From: Spirochaetia bacterium | GTDB taxonomy: Bacteria; Spirochaetota; Spirochaetia; WTKD01; G963693115 | Assembly (NCBI GenBank): GCA_965226055.1 | Contig: CBDDCA010000004.1 | Coordinates: forward strand, 1 to 64,000 | DNA: 64,000 nucleotides | Reading direction: 5' to 3' | In this document: in pieces, positions 20,469 to 31,283 of the stretch | Layout: every line of letters starts with the position of its first letter | Numbering within the stretch: position 1 is the stretch's first letter | The notes under the pieces: model-generated | The model's input: only the letters and a program-made list of their open reading frames with translations | What the model was told of the DNA's origin: nothing | Databases searched by the model: none | Position numbers and translations under genes: made by a program

Positions 20469-21833
20469 TTATCCTAGTGAACGAGCAGTAGGACTAATTG
20501 TCAGATATTCTATAAGAGGTTCAAGCTCTTGTTCTATACATTCTTTTGTGATAGTAACTTTGCATATTTGATTTTGAGATGGCGATGTAAACATGACATT
20601 TAACAATATTTTTTCAATAATAGCTCGAATACCACGAGCTCCAATTTTTTGTGTATACGCTTTTTCTGCTATTGCTTGTTTTGCTGATTCTTGTACTATC
20701 AGCTCAATATTGTTATACGAAAATACCATTTGCATTTGTTTGATAATTGAATTTTTTGGTTCTACAAGAATTTTATACAAAGTATCTATGGTATGTTCTT
20801 GTAATGTCGCTACTATAGGCACTCTTCCTATGAGTTCGGGGACAAGCCCAAAGTTAATTAAATCATCAGGATGAATGTTTTCTAATATTGTTTTTTCTTT
20901 TAATGGAGAATGGATATTCTTTTGCTCTTGTTGTTGAGTACGTTCAAACCCTACATTTGTATCATATATGCGTGCAGATACTATTTCATCAAGTCCAACA
21001 AATGCACCGCTACAAATAAACAATATATTGGAAGTATCCATTTTGATAGTACTCTGGTTAGGATGTTTCCTTCCTCCCTGTGGAGGAATAGAGGCAACAG
21101 TCCCTTCAATAATTTTCAGGAGAGCATGTTGTACGCCTTCGCCTGATACATCTCTTGTAATGGAGGTATTTTTTGTTTTACGTGTAATTTTGTCTATTTC
21201 GTCTATAAAGATTATTCCATGCGAGGCCTGTTCTATATTGTTATCTGCTGCTTGATATAACTTTAACAAAACATTTTCTACATCTTCTCCTACATACCCT
21301 GCTTCAGTCAGTGAAGTTGCATCAGCAATAGCAAAAGGAACATGTAATAGTTGGGCTAATGTTTTTGCGAGAAGTGTTTTTCCTGTTCCTGTAGGGCCTA
21401 TAAGGAGAATATTTGATTTTTCAAGTTGTATATCGTCTGTCTGTACATGCAAAGGAAATTTATTTTTTTTCTTTTTTGTAGAGGAAGAGTGTGTTTTTTC
21501 TGCTGTTTCTCGTTCTTTTTGTCTTACCTTATTGTTATGATAGATTCTCATATAATGATTATAGGCTGCTACAGAGAGTATTTTTTTTGCATAATTTTGT
21601 CCTACAATAAATTGATCAAGATATTTTTTTATTGTTTCAGGAGGAGGAGGATTTGAATAATCTTTATAATTAAACTCATTATTTTTTTCTTTATCAAGAG
21701 CACTAAAGAAGTTGTATCCAAATATAATACATTCTTCACAGATGACTGCATCAGGGCCTTGAATAAGCCTTCGTTTTAGATCTTCTTTGTTACCACAAAA
21801 AGAACATTTTCTTTGTTTTGTTGATTTTTCCAT
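20469..21833 (-). CDS. clpX: ATP-dependent Clp protease ATP-binding subunit
   Basis: CSFC zinc finger, GPTGTGKT, DEIDK, GGRKHP. Confidence 0.97.
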   Translation of the reverse strand: MEKSTKQRKCSFCGNKEDLKRRLIQGPDAVICEECIIFGYNFFSALDKEKNNEFNYKDYSNPPPPETIKKYLDQFIVGQNYAKKILSVAAYNHYMRIYHNNKVRQKERETAEKTHSSSTKKKKNKFPLHVQTDDIQLEKSNILLIGPTGTGKTLLAKTLAQLLHVPFAIADATSLTEAGYVGEDVENVLLKLYQAADNNIEQASHGIIFIDEIDKITRKTKNTSITRDVSGEGVQHALLKIIEGTVASIPPQGGRKHPNQSTIKMDTSNILFICSGAFVGLDEIVSARIYDTNVGFERTQQQEQKNIHSPLKEKTILENIHPDDLINFGLVPELIGRVPIVATLQEHTIDTLYKILVEPKNSIIKQMQMVFSYNNIELIVQESAKQAIAEKAYTQKIGARGIRAIIEKILLNVMFTSPSQNQICKVTITKECIEQELEPLIEYLTISPTARSLG

Positions 21834-21932
21834 TATATGTGTCCTTACTTATATAATATAGTAAATAGGGGACTTAGGTAAGTATATTTTAATAACTATT
21901 GAATATTTTTTTCACTATACAGGAAGCTACTA

Positions 21933-22562
21933 TTATTTTTTCTCTTGAATAGTATTACGGTTATTAACAATTTCGTCAATAATTCCATATTCTAATGCTT
22001 GTTGCGCGGACATGTAATAGTCACGTTCTATGTCTTTAGAGATTACTTCTTTCTCTTTTTTTGTATGATATGCAAGATATTCTGTAATTTGGTCTTTGAT
22101 ACGAAGCATCTCTTTCGTCTGTAGGTGTATATCTGATGCTTGTCCTTCGACTCCGCCCCATGGTTGATGGAGCATTACTCGTGAAGAAGGAAGGGCTTTT
22201 CGTAATCCTGTTTTTCCTGCAGCAAGCAGAAATGCTCCCATAGATACTGCTTGTCCCATACATATAGTTTGTATAGGATTGTTAAGGTATTGCAAAGTAT
22301 CATATATCGCAAGCCCTGCAGTCACTGCACCACCGGGAGAATTGATATATACATTGATAATTTTTTCGGAAGACTCAGATTCAAGATATAATAGTTGTGC
22401 TATAACAAGATTAGCAACATGATCATCAATGATTCCACCAATAAATATAATTCTTTCTTTTAGTAATCGTGAATATATATCAAATGAGCGTTCATGTCCG
22501 CCAGTTCGTTCCACTACTATAGGAACTAACATATTATGGGGGGGAGTTATATTATTTATCAT
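21933..22562 (-). CDS. clpP: Clp protease proteolytic subunit
   Basis: [22 protein letters not shown]. Confidence 0.97.
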   Translation of the reverse strand: MINNITPPHNMLVPIVVERTGGHERSFDIYSRLLKERIIFIGGIIDDHVANLVIAQLLYLESESSEKIINVYINSPGGAVTAGLAIYDTLQYLNNPIQTICMGQAVSMGAFLLAAGKTGLRKALPSSRVMLHQPWGGVEGQASDIHLQTKEMLRIKDQITEYLAYHTKKEKEVISKDIERDYYMSAQQALEYGIIDEIVNNRNTIQEKK

Positions 22563-23994
22563 GGTTATCTTTTGTTTCTTTTTCTTGTAATGCTATATAT
22601 TCACTCAGTGAAAGAGAAGTACTTTTTTCTTCTTTACATTGTTGTATGAAAGCGTCAAATGCTTTTTTTTCATCCTGTTCATATTGTATTTGTTGCATAA
22701 GATTATTCTTTTTGTAGTAATCAATAATTTCGTCAGCATTACGATCATGCTTTTCAGCTTCTTTACGCAAAATTTCTTCGGCTTCTTCATTACTTGTTTT
22801 TACTTTTGCTTGTTCTATCATTTTTGCTATAATAAACTGCTCTGTTACTTGTGCAGTAGCATCTGCACGCCATACTTCTGTTAATTCTTCTTTTGTTTTT
22901 TGCAGTGTGGATAGTAATGTATCAACATCAGTGCCTGATTGCTGTGCAAACCGCTTAAGATGAGAATCAAGCTGTAACTGTACCGCTGACTGAGGTATTT
23001 CAATAGAGGATTTTTTCTTTAAGTAGTTAAGAATAGTCTGCTGTTTTGATGAAAATTGCAGTGTTTCTGCACGTTCTTGTAATTGTGTAGTAATATCTTT
23101 TTTTAATTCGGCAAGTGTTTCATATTTTTCATTGATATCTTGAGCAAGTTCGTCATTAATATCAGGCTTTTTTCTTTCTTGTATGTTCTGTACTGTTATC
23201 TCAACCGTAAACGATCTACCTGCAAGCGAGGGAACTTCATACTCTTCAGGAAAATCTTGGGAAATACGTACTGTATCAGATACCTTTTTTTCTATAAGAG
23301 CATCACTTATATTCTTTTCGTGCTGTGCTTTGCTTGCTCCTAAGGTGATGGTATACTTTTCATTTCTTGTGTTTTCTATGGGGGTATTCTCTGCATCAAG
23401 TTCAATATAGCTACCAATAACAATATTTCCTTCTTCTGCAGTTCCTTGTTTTTCTACTGAAAAAGTATTTTGTTCTTGCAATATTTCTAATTCTTTCTGT
23501 ATATCGTCTTCACTTATTTGTATGTCATGTGTGGTGAGGGTGAGTGTATCTGTACTAGCAAGCTCTATGCCAGGGTATGTATCATATATAAGCGTGAAAT
23601 TAAAATCTTCGGTAGGGACAATAGGCGTTTTTTCATCAAGATTGACTGCTCTAGGAGTTGAATAGCTCAGTGGGGGATAGCTAACTGAGGGAATAACAGC
23701 AGAAAATGCTTCATTTGCCATAGAATCAAAGAATTTTGCACGTATATAGTCGGAAAATTTATTGAATAAGACTGATTCGGGGATATGTCCTTTACGAAAC
23801 CCTTTTATGTTTGCTTCTTTTTGTAGCTCTTTGATTATTTTTTTATATGTTTTCTGCACTATATCCTTAGGGATAGTGATAGTGAGTTCTACTTGTGCAT
23901 TGTCATGTTTTTTTTCTGTATGAGAATAAGGGGATGATGCAGGAGTATTATTTTGTGTATTTTCTTGTGTTTTATCTTGTATTTTAGAATCCAC
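22552..23994 (-). CDS. tig: Trigger factor
   Basis: GFRKGHIP motif; tig-clpP-clpX order; GTG at 23994 follows GGAG (the track start overlaps tRNA-Gly). Confidence 0.93.
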   Translation of the reverse strand: MDSKIQDKTQENTQNNTPASSPYSHTEKKHDNAQVELTITIPKDIVQKTYKKIIKELQKEANIKGFRKGHIPESVLFNKFSDYIRAKFFDSMANEAFSAVIPSVSYPPLSYSTPRAVNLDEKTPIVPTEDFNFTLIYDTYPGIELASTDTLTLTTHDIQISEDDIQKELEILQEQNTFSVEKQGTAEEGNIVIGSYIELDAENTPIENTRNEKYTITLGASKAQHEKNISDALIEKKVSDTVRISQDFPEEYEVPSLAGRSFTVEITVQNIQERKKPDINDELAQDINEKYETLAELKKDITTQLQERAETLQFSSKQQTILNYLKKKSSIEIPQSAVQLQLDSHLKRFAQQSGTDVDTLLSTLQKTKEELTEVWRADATAQVTEQFIIAKMIEQAKVKTSNEEAEEILRKEAEKHDRNADEIIDYYKKNNLMQQIQYEQDEKKAFDAFIQQCKEEKSTSLSLSEYIALQEKETKDNHDK

Positions 23995-24039
23995 GATGAT
24001 ATTTCTCCAATTATAAATAATGTTTGTTGTAATAAGAAA

Positions 24040-24111
24040 AGCGAGAAACGGGATTCGAACCCGCGACATCCACCTTGGCAAGGTGGCGCTCTACCACTGA
24101 GCTATTCTCGC
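24040..24111 (-). tRNA. tRNA-Gly(GCC)
   Basis: GCGAGAATAGCTCAGTGGTAGAGC...CTTGCCAAG...GGTTCGAATCCCGTTTCTCGCT. Confidence 0.96.
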
Positions 24112-24200
24112 GTTAGTCTCGCACGAGCATATTCTTATAACTATACTCTTAAGTATAGCATATTTTTATTTAATATGCAGTTATTCATAACAAGGCACTT

Positions 24201-24282
24201 TGCGAAAGAAGGGACTCGAACCCTTACACCTCTCGGCACAAGATCCTAAATCTTGCGTGTCTACCAATTCCACCACTTTCGC
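24201..24282 (-). tRNA. tRNA-Leu(TAG)
   Basis: GCGAAAGTGGTGGAATTGGTAGACACG CAAGA-TTTAGGA-TCTTG, long variable arm, GGTTCGAGTCC. Confidence 0.95.
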
Positions 24283-24287
24283 TTTTG

Positions 24288-24360
24288 AGAGCCGAGTGGG
24301 GATCGAACCCACGACCCGCAGATTAAGAGTCTGCTGCTCTGCCAGCTGAGCTATCGGCCC
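24288..24360 (-). tRNA. tRNA-Lys(CTT)
   Basis: GCAGA-CTCTTAA-TCTGC anticodon arm; acceptor GGGCCGA/TCGGCTC. Confidence 0.95.
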
Positions 24361-24474
24361 ATAACTATATTGATTATTACAATATGTCATTATTATAGTA
24401 CATATTTCATTAAATATATCTATATATTACCTTATTTTTCTACAATATTCCAATTCTTTTGCTATACTTACTCC

Positions 24475-24888
24475 ATGAAGTACATGAGTATAGCATTTCT
24501 CTTTTTGTTGCTTATTTTTCCTGTATGCTCTGAGGATTTTCTTAATGTGAGTGTTGTGCGGGTATATGATGGCGATACTTTTTTTGTGGATATTGCTGAT
24601 GTGCCTGCGGTGTTTGGGGATGATATTGGTATTAGAGTTCGGGGGATTGATACGCCTGAGATACGAGGGAAATGTGAGAAAGAGAAACGGCTTGCATATA
24701 TTACACGAGATTTTGTGATTGAGCTATTTGAGAATGCTACTGTTGTTGATCTTGTGAATGTGGAGCGCGGTAAGTATTTTCGGGTACTGGCTTCGGTTAT
24801 GATAGATGATGTATCTCTTGCATCGTTGCTTCTTGATAGAGGGCTTGCTGTGGTATACGATGGTGGTACAAAGCAATCATGGTGCTAA
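24475..24888 (+). CDS. Secreted thermonuclease (SNase-like)
   Basis: VVRVYDGDT, IRVRGIDTPE, GKYFRVLA; signal peptide from MKYM. Confidence 0.88.
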   Translation: MKYMSIAFLFLLLIFPVCSEDFLNVSVVRVYDGDTFFVDIADVPAVFGDDIGIRVRGIDTPEIRGKCEKEKRLAYITRDFVIELFENATVVDLVNVERGKYFRVLASVMIDDVSLASLLLDRGLAVVYDGGTKQSWC

Positions 24889-24923
24889 GAGTGTGCGAGA
24901 GAGTTGCAAAAGTGCAAGTGAGG

Positions 24924-25985
24924 TTAGTATTTTTCAGAGAAAGTTTTGTTTTCTATATCGTAATATATGATATATATTGGTATGTGTAGTGTCTCTCGGA
25001 GGTGCTTAATATAGGTAATGCCGTCTTTATTCTCACTTTCTTCATTGGATTTTTGTGTAACTATAATCATTTCTTTTGCAATATTTCTATTTATCCAATA
25101 ATTATATTCTAGTAATTGACCTATAGCTTCACGAATTGAAGAACGGACAGAATTGTACGTTTTTATTTCATAAAAAGTATATATATTTTCATGTTCAACA
25201 ACAATATCAACGTAAGTACCAAAGCCTGTATTATTTTCATCGTAAATATTTTCTTCACCAAATTTCTCGGATAGATAAGCATATAATTCACTTGAAATAG
25301 TTTTATGGAGATATGATACTATAATTGATTGTTCCTTTCGTTCATAGATTGTTGGTGTGCCAGTGCTATCATTGGCATTGTTTATTTTTGATTTTTTCTT
25401 GAGAATAAAATCGTTGTTCTTACTTGCTGTTGTATCAGTTTGCTTTTTTTGTTGATTCCATATCTTATCAATGATTTCAGAATATATTGATAAATATTTA
25501 TGTATAAAATCACTCGTTTCATTGATGAGTTTTTTCCATGCGTATTGTTCAATTATATCATAATCAACTTGATTCCAAATCCAAGGAGCATTTGGCAATT
25601 TTATGAGAGGTTTGCATAGCTTTTTTTTGTCTTCTGAGAGAGTGTCTCCTTCGTATTGATAATCAAGTTTATACACAAGTCCCATAGAGTTAGTATCACC
25701 CCCAACTGTAAAAAAGATTCCTTTTCCTTTGTCAGTTTTTTTGTATATTATAGCCCATGCGTAAGGTTTATAAATATGATGGTATAGTTTATTATAGTTT
25801 CCTTGTCTCTCATAGGTAAGTTCTGGATTGCTCTTAACAATTTCTTTTGCCCAATAATTTGTTTTTTTCTGTATGCCTAGTAAGACAGGACGTATTTCTT
25901 CTATGTGATGTGGATCATCTGGATTATATTCCTTATTTGCTACTTCCCTAAATGTGTCAATTTCTTTTTTTGTAAAAAATTCCAT
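24924..25985 (-). CDS. Putative PD-(D/E)xK nuclease (restriction-like)
   Basis: C-terminal YVDIVV...FYEIKT...[11 protein letters not shown]. Confidence 0.6.
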   Translation of the reverse strand: MEFFTKKEIDTFREVANKEYNPDDPHHIEEIRPVLLGIQKKTNYWAKEIVKSNPELTYERQGNYNKLYHHIYKPYAWAIIYKKTDKGKGIFFTVGGDTNSMGLVYKLDYQYEGDTLSEDKKKLCKPLIKLPNAPWIWNQVDYDIIEQYAWKKLINETSDFIHKYLSIYSEIIDKIWNQQKKQTDTTASKNNDFILKKKSKINNANDSTGTPTIYERKEQSIIVSYLHKTISSELYAYLSEKFGEENIYDENNTGFGTYVDIVVEHENIYTFYEIKTYNSVRSSIREAIGQLLEYNYWINRNIAKEMIIVTQKSNEESENKDGITYIKHLRETLHIPIYIIYYDIENKTFSEKY

Positions 25986-26052
25986 TTAGTATGTACCTCT
26001 TTGATCTGTACAGTATTCATGTTCACACAAACAATGATAGCATAAATATATT

Positions 26053-26126
26053 CGCCTTCGACACGACTCGAACGTGCGACCTGCGGATTCGAAGTCCGAT
26101 GCTCTATCCAACTGAGCTACGAAGGC
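26053..26126 (-). tRNA. tRNA-Arg(TCG)
   Basis: GCCTTCGTAGCTCAGTTGGATAGAGC...CTTCGAA...GTTCGAGTC...CGAAGGCG. Confidence 0.94.
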
Positions 26127-26129
26127 AAG

Positions 26130-26203
26130 GGAGACCGACGGGACTTGAACCCGCAACAACCAGAACCACAATCTGGTGCTCTACCAATTGAACTACGATC
26201 TCC
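26130..26203 (-). tRNA. tRNA-His(GTG)
   Basis: G-1:C73; CCAGA-TTGTGGT-TCTGG anticodon arm. Confidence 0.95.
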
Positions 26204-26304
26204 ATATGTTTGTTTTTATATTATAGAATAATATACATGTTATGTAAATATATCGTTTTTTAATTTCTGATAATTTATTTCTTATTGTATCTATATTCAT
26301 ATAC

Positions 26305-27550
26305 TTACTTACTACATACTACTATATACTCATTGAGCATAGTATTTTTAGTCTTTCCTGCTTTGTTTGTAGGTGAATTTTTGGAAGGCATTACTTTATT
26401 CAATATCTCTCTTACATAGATAGCTTCAAAAGAAAGTCCTAATGAAACTAGCATATCGGCAGTTATTTGATCCATTGGTATCTGTATACCCTTTACTGTC
26501 CTATTCCCTACCACAAAACATACTTTTCCATTATGTGATAAATTAGCTACTACATTTTTAAGTACTTTGTAGTAACCATTATAAAAATATAATACATCAT
26601 CTGCTCTTTTTTGATTACTATGTTTGATACATTCTACAGTATTATGAAGTACTTTACATGTTTTTAATTCAGCTATAATTGTTTCTTTTTTTCCTAAAGA
26701 TTCTTTATCTACCTTGTACTTAATATTTCCAAAACTATTCAAATCATATGTCCAATCCATACCAAAACTGGAGTATTGTCCATACGCTACAGTAGTCAAA
26801 CTGTCCCCATAAGGAGGTGAAGTGATAACTAAATCATATGATACAGTAGTATCTTTACTCATAGGATTTTCCATATTTTGCAATAAAGGAGTACTTTCAA
26901 CTAACTTATAGGAAAGCTGTTTATATGTTTCTATACTTTCTTTTGTATGCTTGAGAAACATTTTAATAGCATCATACTCTTTCTTTTCTATACTATTTTC
27001 TGATATTCGGTATCGCTTAAACTCTCCATTTCTTGTTAATGATTGATGTCTACATATATAGGCAAAGCAGACAACAAAAAAATCTTTGTATAGGTATGTA
27101 TTATGTTGTAATACATACCTAATTTTACCTAAATCTTCAATTACAGCAGGAATATACCAATAATCTATATTATGTATATCTGGTATATCGGTATGAGCTG
27201 TACTTAAAATTGCTTGAGCTATTGCTTCAAATTCTGTTTCAAGCACTGCAATATCGTAGTTTATAGTCTTGACTTTTGCTATCAATAATGCCAATGGATT
27301 TATATCACATCCTATTAGATGTATGTTGTTTTAGACTTGATTGTAAGAGTGTAACACCGCTTCCACAACATGGATCAAAGACTGTATCTCCTTCTTGTGC
27401 ATACTCATCAATTAAACTATCTACCAAGTTTGGATGAAGCATAGCAGGATACCTATGTATTTTATGTCTCTTGCTAGACAAAGGAATACCCATAAAAGAT
27501 AATTCTTTTTTATCTATTCTCGGATATACTATGTGTTGTGCTTCACTCAT
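26305..27550 (-). pseudogene. Frameshifted N4-cytosine DNA methyltransferase (alpha class)
   Basis: HRYPA and FDPCCGSG in 27305-27550; ITSPPY in 26305-27294. Removing one A at ~27315 restores ...TSIGCDINPLALLIAK. Confidence 0.8.
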
Positions 27551-27687
27551 ATATGTACTATATCAAAAAAAGTAAATTAAGTAGCAGTTACATTAATGTA
27601 TGTACGCAAGTTTAAGCATTAAATAGAACATAAAAGGCTTTCACAAGATAGAGATTCACATAATGGCTATATTGCTATACTACTATT

Positions 27688-28851
27688 ATGATGAGTAAGC
27701 AAGACAAAAAATTAGCACCTACCCCCCCCCCCCCCCAAATACGCTTCAAGCGTGACGATGGCTCTGATTTTCCTGATTGGGAAGAGAGAAGGCTGAGGGA
27801 TATTTTAGAGTATGAACAACCTACAAAATATATTGTTGATTCTTCAAAGTATGATGATAATTATAGTATACCTGTTTTGACAGCTGGTAAAACTTTTATA
27901 CTGGGGTATACTAATGAAACTTACGGAGTTTTTACAAATCACCCAGTTATTATTTTTGATGATTTTACTACTGTGAGTAAGTTTGTAGATTTTGATTTTA
28001 AGGTTAAGTCATCTGCCATGAAAATATTGAAATTAAGAAAGAATATACAAGCTAATATTAAATTAGTATATGAATGTATGCAGAAAATAAATTTTTCACT
28101 AAAAGGACATAAAAGGTATTGGATTTCAGAATACCAGAATATAACTATTCCATTTCCTACCCTCCCTGAACAACAAAAGATAGCATCTTTTCTGCAGAGT
28201 GTAGACACAAAGATACAGCTCCTTGAAAGAAAAGTGACACTGTTGCAGTCATATAAAAAAGGCGTCATACAAAAACTCTTTTCGCAGGAGCTACGCTTTA
28301 AGGACGAGCAAGGAAACGAGTATCCCGACTGGGAAGAGAGGGAGATAGGTGAGATATTTTATGTAACACGAGGTATTGTTTTATCAAAAAAGGATATATC
28401 CCCAATACAAACAAGTCACTATGTTTATCCTGTTTTTTCTTCACAAACAAAAAATAAAGGCTTAATGGGATACTATCATAAATGTTTATTTGAAAATTGT
28501 ATTACATGGACAACAGATGGAGCTAATGCTGGGGATGTGAATTATAGAAAAGGAAAATTTTACTGTACTAATGTATGTGGAGTATTAAAAAGTGATAAAG
28601 GGTATGCTAATACATGTATTGCAGAAATACTTAATGCAACAACAAAGAGGTTTGTATCATATGTAGGTAATCCAAAATTGATGAATAATATTATGAGTTC
28701 TATTCGTATAAAAATTCCTGTATCAATAAAAGAGCAACAAAAGATAGGCTCTTTCTTACAGAGCCTCGACACAAAAATATCGCTTACACAGAAACAAGTA
28801 GTCCTTACAAAGCAGTATAAGAAAGGCTTACTACAAAGAATGTTTGTATAA
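27688..28851 (+). CDS. hsdS: Type I restriction-modification specificity subunit with N-terminal poly-C tract
   Basis: Two TRDs; duplicated RFK..G..PDWEER and EQQKI.SFLQS.DTKI...YKKG regions. Confidence 0.93.
   Translation: MMSKQDKKLAPTPPPPQIRFKRDDGSDFPDWEERRLRDILEYEQPTKYIVDSSKYDDNYSIPVLTAGKTFILGYTNETYGVFTNHPVIIFDDFTTVSKFVDFDFKVKSSAMKILKLRKNIQANIKLVYECMQKINFSLKGHKRYWISEYQNITIPFPTLPEQQKIASFLQSVDTKIQLLERKVTLLQSYKKGVIQKLFSQELRFKDEQGNEYPDWEEREIGEIFYVTRGIVLSKKDISPIQTSHYVYPVFSSQTKNKGLMGYYHKCLFENCITWTTDGANAGDVNYRKGKFYCTNVCGVLKSDKGYANTCIAEILNATTKRFVSYVGNPKLMNNIMSSIRIKIPVSIKEQQKIGSFLQSLDTKISLTQKQVVLTKQYKKGLLQRMFV
27722..27736 (+). repeat. C15 homopolymer in hsdS (in frame)
   Basis: 15 consecutive C at codons 12-17 in an AT-rich genome. 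Confidence 0.9.
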
Positions 28852-28922
28852 AAAGTATTGGTACAAAAAATACAGACAAACAATAGAGGCAGGCAAAATG
28901 AGATTAAACTTATTCTCTGTAG

Positions 28923-29675
28923 CTAGCGTAACTCTAAAGATATGGGACAGTGATCAGATCCATATACATCAGATTGTATGTTACTCTGTGTTACTTTTTT
29001 CTGTAATAGCGGGCTTATGCAAAAATAATCAATTCTCCATCCTACATTGCGTTCTCGTGCTTTTGCACGATATGACCACCATGTATAGTTATCTGGATTA
29101 CTATTAGCAGCACGAAATGTATCAACATACCCTGCTTGTGTAAAAGTATCCATCCATGCACGCTCTTCAGGAAGATATCCAGGACTCGTTTCATTTTCTT
29201 TAGGACGGGCAAGATCTATTTCTTTGTGGGCAATATTGTAATCTCCACAGAGAATAATAGGCTTAGATTTTTGTAAAGAATTACAAAAATTGAGCATAGC
29301 ATCACAAAACTCTAATTTGTAGTCAAGTCTTTTTCCTTGATCTTGACTATTAGGAAAGTATGCATTGATAAGAATGGCATATCCTATATCTGCAACAAGC
29401 ACTCTTCCTTCATTATCAAACTGCTGTATGTTCATGTACTGCACATCTATCTTTTTTTTGCTAAATATAGCTGTACCACTATATCCTTTTTTTATAGCTG
29501 AGCTCCAATAACTCATATAATTAAGAGGAGAAATAAGCTCTTCTGTTAATTGTTCTGGTTCTGCTTTTGTCTCTTGAATACAGAGTATATCAGGGTTATC
29601 TTGTGCAAGAAAATCAAGAAAGCCTTTCTTTGTAGCAGCACGAATTCCATTTACATTCCAACTTGTAATTTTCAT
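28923..29675 (-). CDS. xth: Exodeoxyribonuclease III
   Basis: SWNVNGIRA, QETK, GWRIDY, GSDHCP. Confidence 0.95.
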   Translation of the reverse strand: MKITSWNVNGIRAATKKGFLDFLAQDNPDILCIQETKAEPEQLTEELISPLNYMSYWSSAIKKGYSGTAIFSKKKIDVQYMNIQQFDNEGRVLVADIGYAILINAYFPNSQDQGKRLDYKLEFCDAMLNFCNSLQKSKPIILCGDYNIAHKEIDLARPKENETSPGYLPEERAWMDTFTQAGYVDTFRAANSNPDNYTWWSYRAKARERNVGWRIDYFCISPLLQKKVTQSNIQSDVYGSDHCPISLELR

Positions 29676-29732
29676 ATTACAAGTATAGCAGTTTTTTTAT
29701 TTAGAGTAGTGGTAATAGCAAGCAGTGTTATG

Positions 29733-31283
29733 TTATTGTATAGCCTTGAAAGTCATGATAGGTCCGCTAAGAGTACCTTGTACTCTAAGAACAGTGCCAA
29801 ATTCTTTTGTATAATCGACAAGTGAGGGAGAATGCGGTGCTGTTGATAAGCTGTCTTCTTCATGAGGAATAGTAGGAATAATATGTTGTAATGTAAACTT
29901 TGTCTCTGAAAGTATAGTAAGAGCAAAAAATATATATTGAGATTTATTAGGATGTATAAGCGCTATAACTCTCTCGGTCTGTACTGAAAGAGAAGTATCG
30001 GGAATAGTATTAGTAATGATAACTGACTGTAATGAACGAGTGGTATGTATTGCATATTGTGAGCGGAGAGGGAGAGGGATTTTCCAATCTATAAATACAG
30101 CACGAGGATTTTGTTGTAAAGAGAGGTGTATTTTTCCATATAAAGCACTTGACCATGTTGCATAACGAGAGAGGGTGTTTTCTACCCTAAGTGTATTAGC
30201 AGAATTTTTTGCTTGTAGCATTTGTAGTGCATGAGAAGAAAAAGGATAGTATCTTTCGTTACTGGCATCAGGATAGTGTATTGTAATTTCTTTTGACGGA
30301 AGTATGGAAATTTGCATATTTTTAGAAGGAACAAGAAATATGTTTTTTGTATAGGGCAATATTTGTGATAAAGCTATAGTAGTAGCTTGTATGTTTGAAA
30401 TTGATGATGCACTGCTAGAGTGAGAGGGAGTGGTATAGGCATATCTTTCTGTGCTATATGTTTGTTGATGTGTTTGTAAGCTTAGGTGAGGGTACGGAAC
30501 ATTGTCCATATTGATAAAGAGGCCAGTGTTCATGATAGTAGAAGGGATAATAGTTGCAGTATTGGTATCTGCGATGATATTTTTTTGTGATTTCCAAATA
30601 ATACCTTCTTTTGATATATCGGAGAATACAGAAGTACTACTAAGAGGATTTTCTTGTTTATATTGAAGTGCGGTTGTATGAGTAACAAGGGTCCATGCAT
30701 CAGTGTAGGTACTGTCATGTATGTACCGTACTTTTATCCAAAGCTCTACCGCTTTAGTGAATAGCTTTGTTTCAGGAAGAGGAGAAAACAGCGTATCTTC
30801 GTTATAGTGGAAGTAAGGAGACGATATAACATATAAAGAGGTATTGTTAGGAGCATAGGCAGTGAGTACTGCATTGACAGAAGAGGCTTCTCGTAAGGGA
30901 GTTTTCTTATTTGTATGGATAAAAGATCCAATATATGGTAAAAAGGAACTGAGAAATTGATTTGCTTCTGCATATGTTTGAAAAAGAAGCATATCTTTTT
31001 TATAGAGAAGTATACTATGTTCCTGCACTGATTTTTGTAATAATGTTTTTGTATTGTGTTGTTGTGCAGGATATATGTGTGAAATGCTGTTATCACTTGT
31101 ATCTAGCACTATTTTGTATATTGTTGAGTCTATAGGGCTACTATGTTGATTGATGACAATAGCAAACATATCCTTTTCTGCACTACTGTTGTTGCATGAT
31201 TGCATAAACAATAGAAAGAAAAACAGGAATGGGAGTAACAAATAATGAGCAGAGTATTTTGAAATGTTATTGTGTAGTATCAT
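29733..31283 (-). CDS. Hypothetical lipoprotein (possible degenerate SH3-like region)
   Basis: Hydrophobic stretch ending LFMQSC; overlaps upstream gene. Confidence 0.55.
   Translation of the reverse strand: MILHNNISKYSAHYLLLPFLFFFLLFMQSCNNSSAEKDMFAIVINQHSSPIDSTIYKIVLDTSDNSISHIYPAQQHNTKTLLQKSVQEHSILLYKKDMLLFQTYAEANQFLSSFLPYIGSFIHTNKKTPLREASSVNAVLTAYAPNNTSLYVISSPYFHYNEDTLFSPLPETKLFTKAVELWIKVRYIHDSTYTDAWTLVTHTTALQYKQENPLSSTSVFSDISKEGIIWKSQKNIIADTNTATIIPSTIMNTGLFINMDNVPYPHLSLQTHQQTYSTERYAYTTPSHSSSASSISNIQATTIALSQILPYTKNIFLVPSKNMQISILPSKEITIHYPDASNERYYPFSSHALQMLQAKNSANTLRVENTLSRYATWSSALYGKIHLSLQQNPRAVFIDWKIPLPLRSQYAIHTTRSLQSVIITNTIPDTSLSVQTERVIALIHPNKSQYIFFALTILSETKFTLQHIIPTIPHEEDSLSTAPHSPSLVDYTKEFGTVLRVQGTLSGPIMTFKAIQ

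Noticed and set aside
23953-24390. ORFs overlapping the tRNA cluster, and the N-terminal extension of tig
   Set aside because: They are translations of tRNA-Gly/Leu/Lys genes
25986-26191. 61-66 aa ORFs
   Set aside because: Overlap tRNA-Arg and tRNA-His
24361-28900. Prophage or integrative element at the tRNAs
   Set aside because: No integrase, phage genes or duplicated tRNA 3' end found
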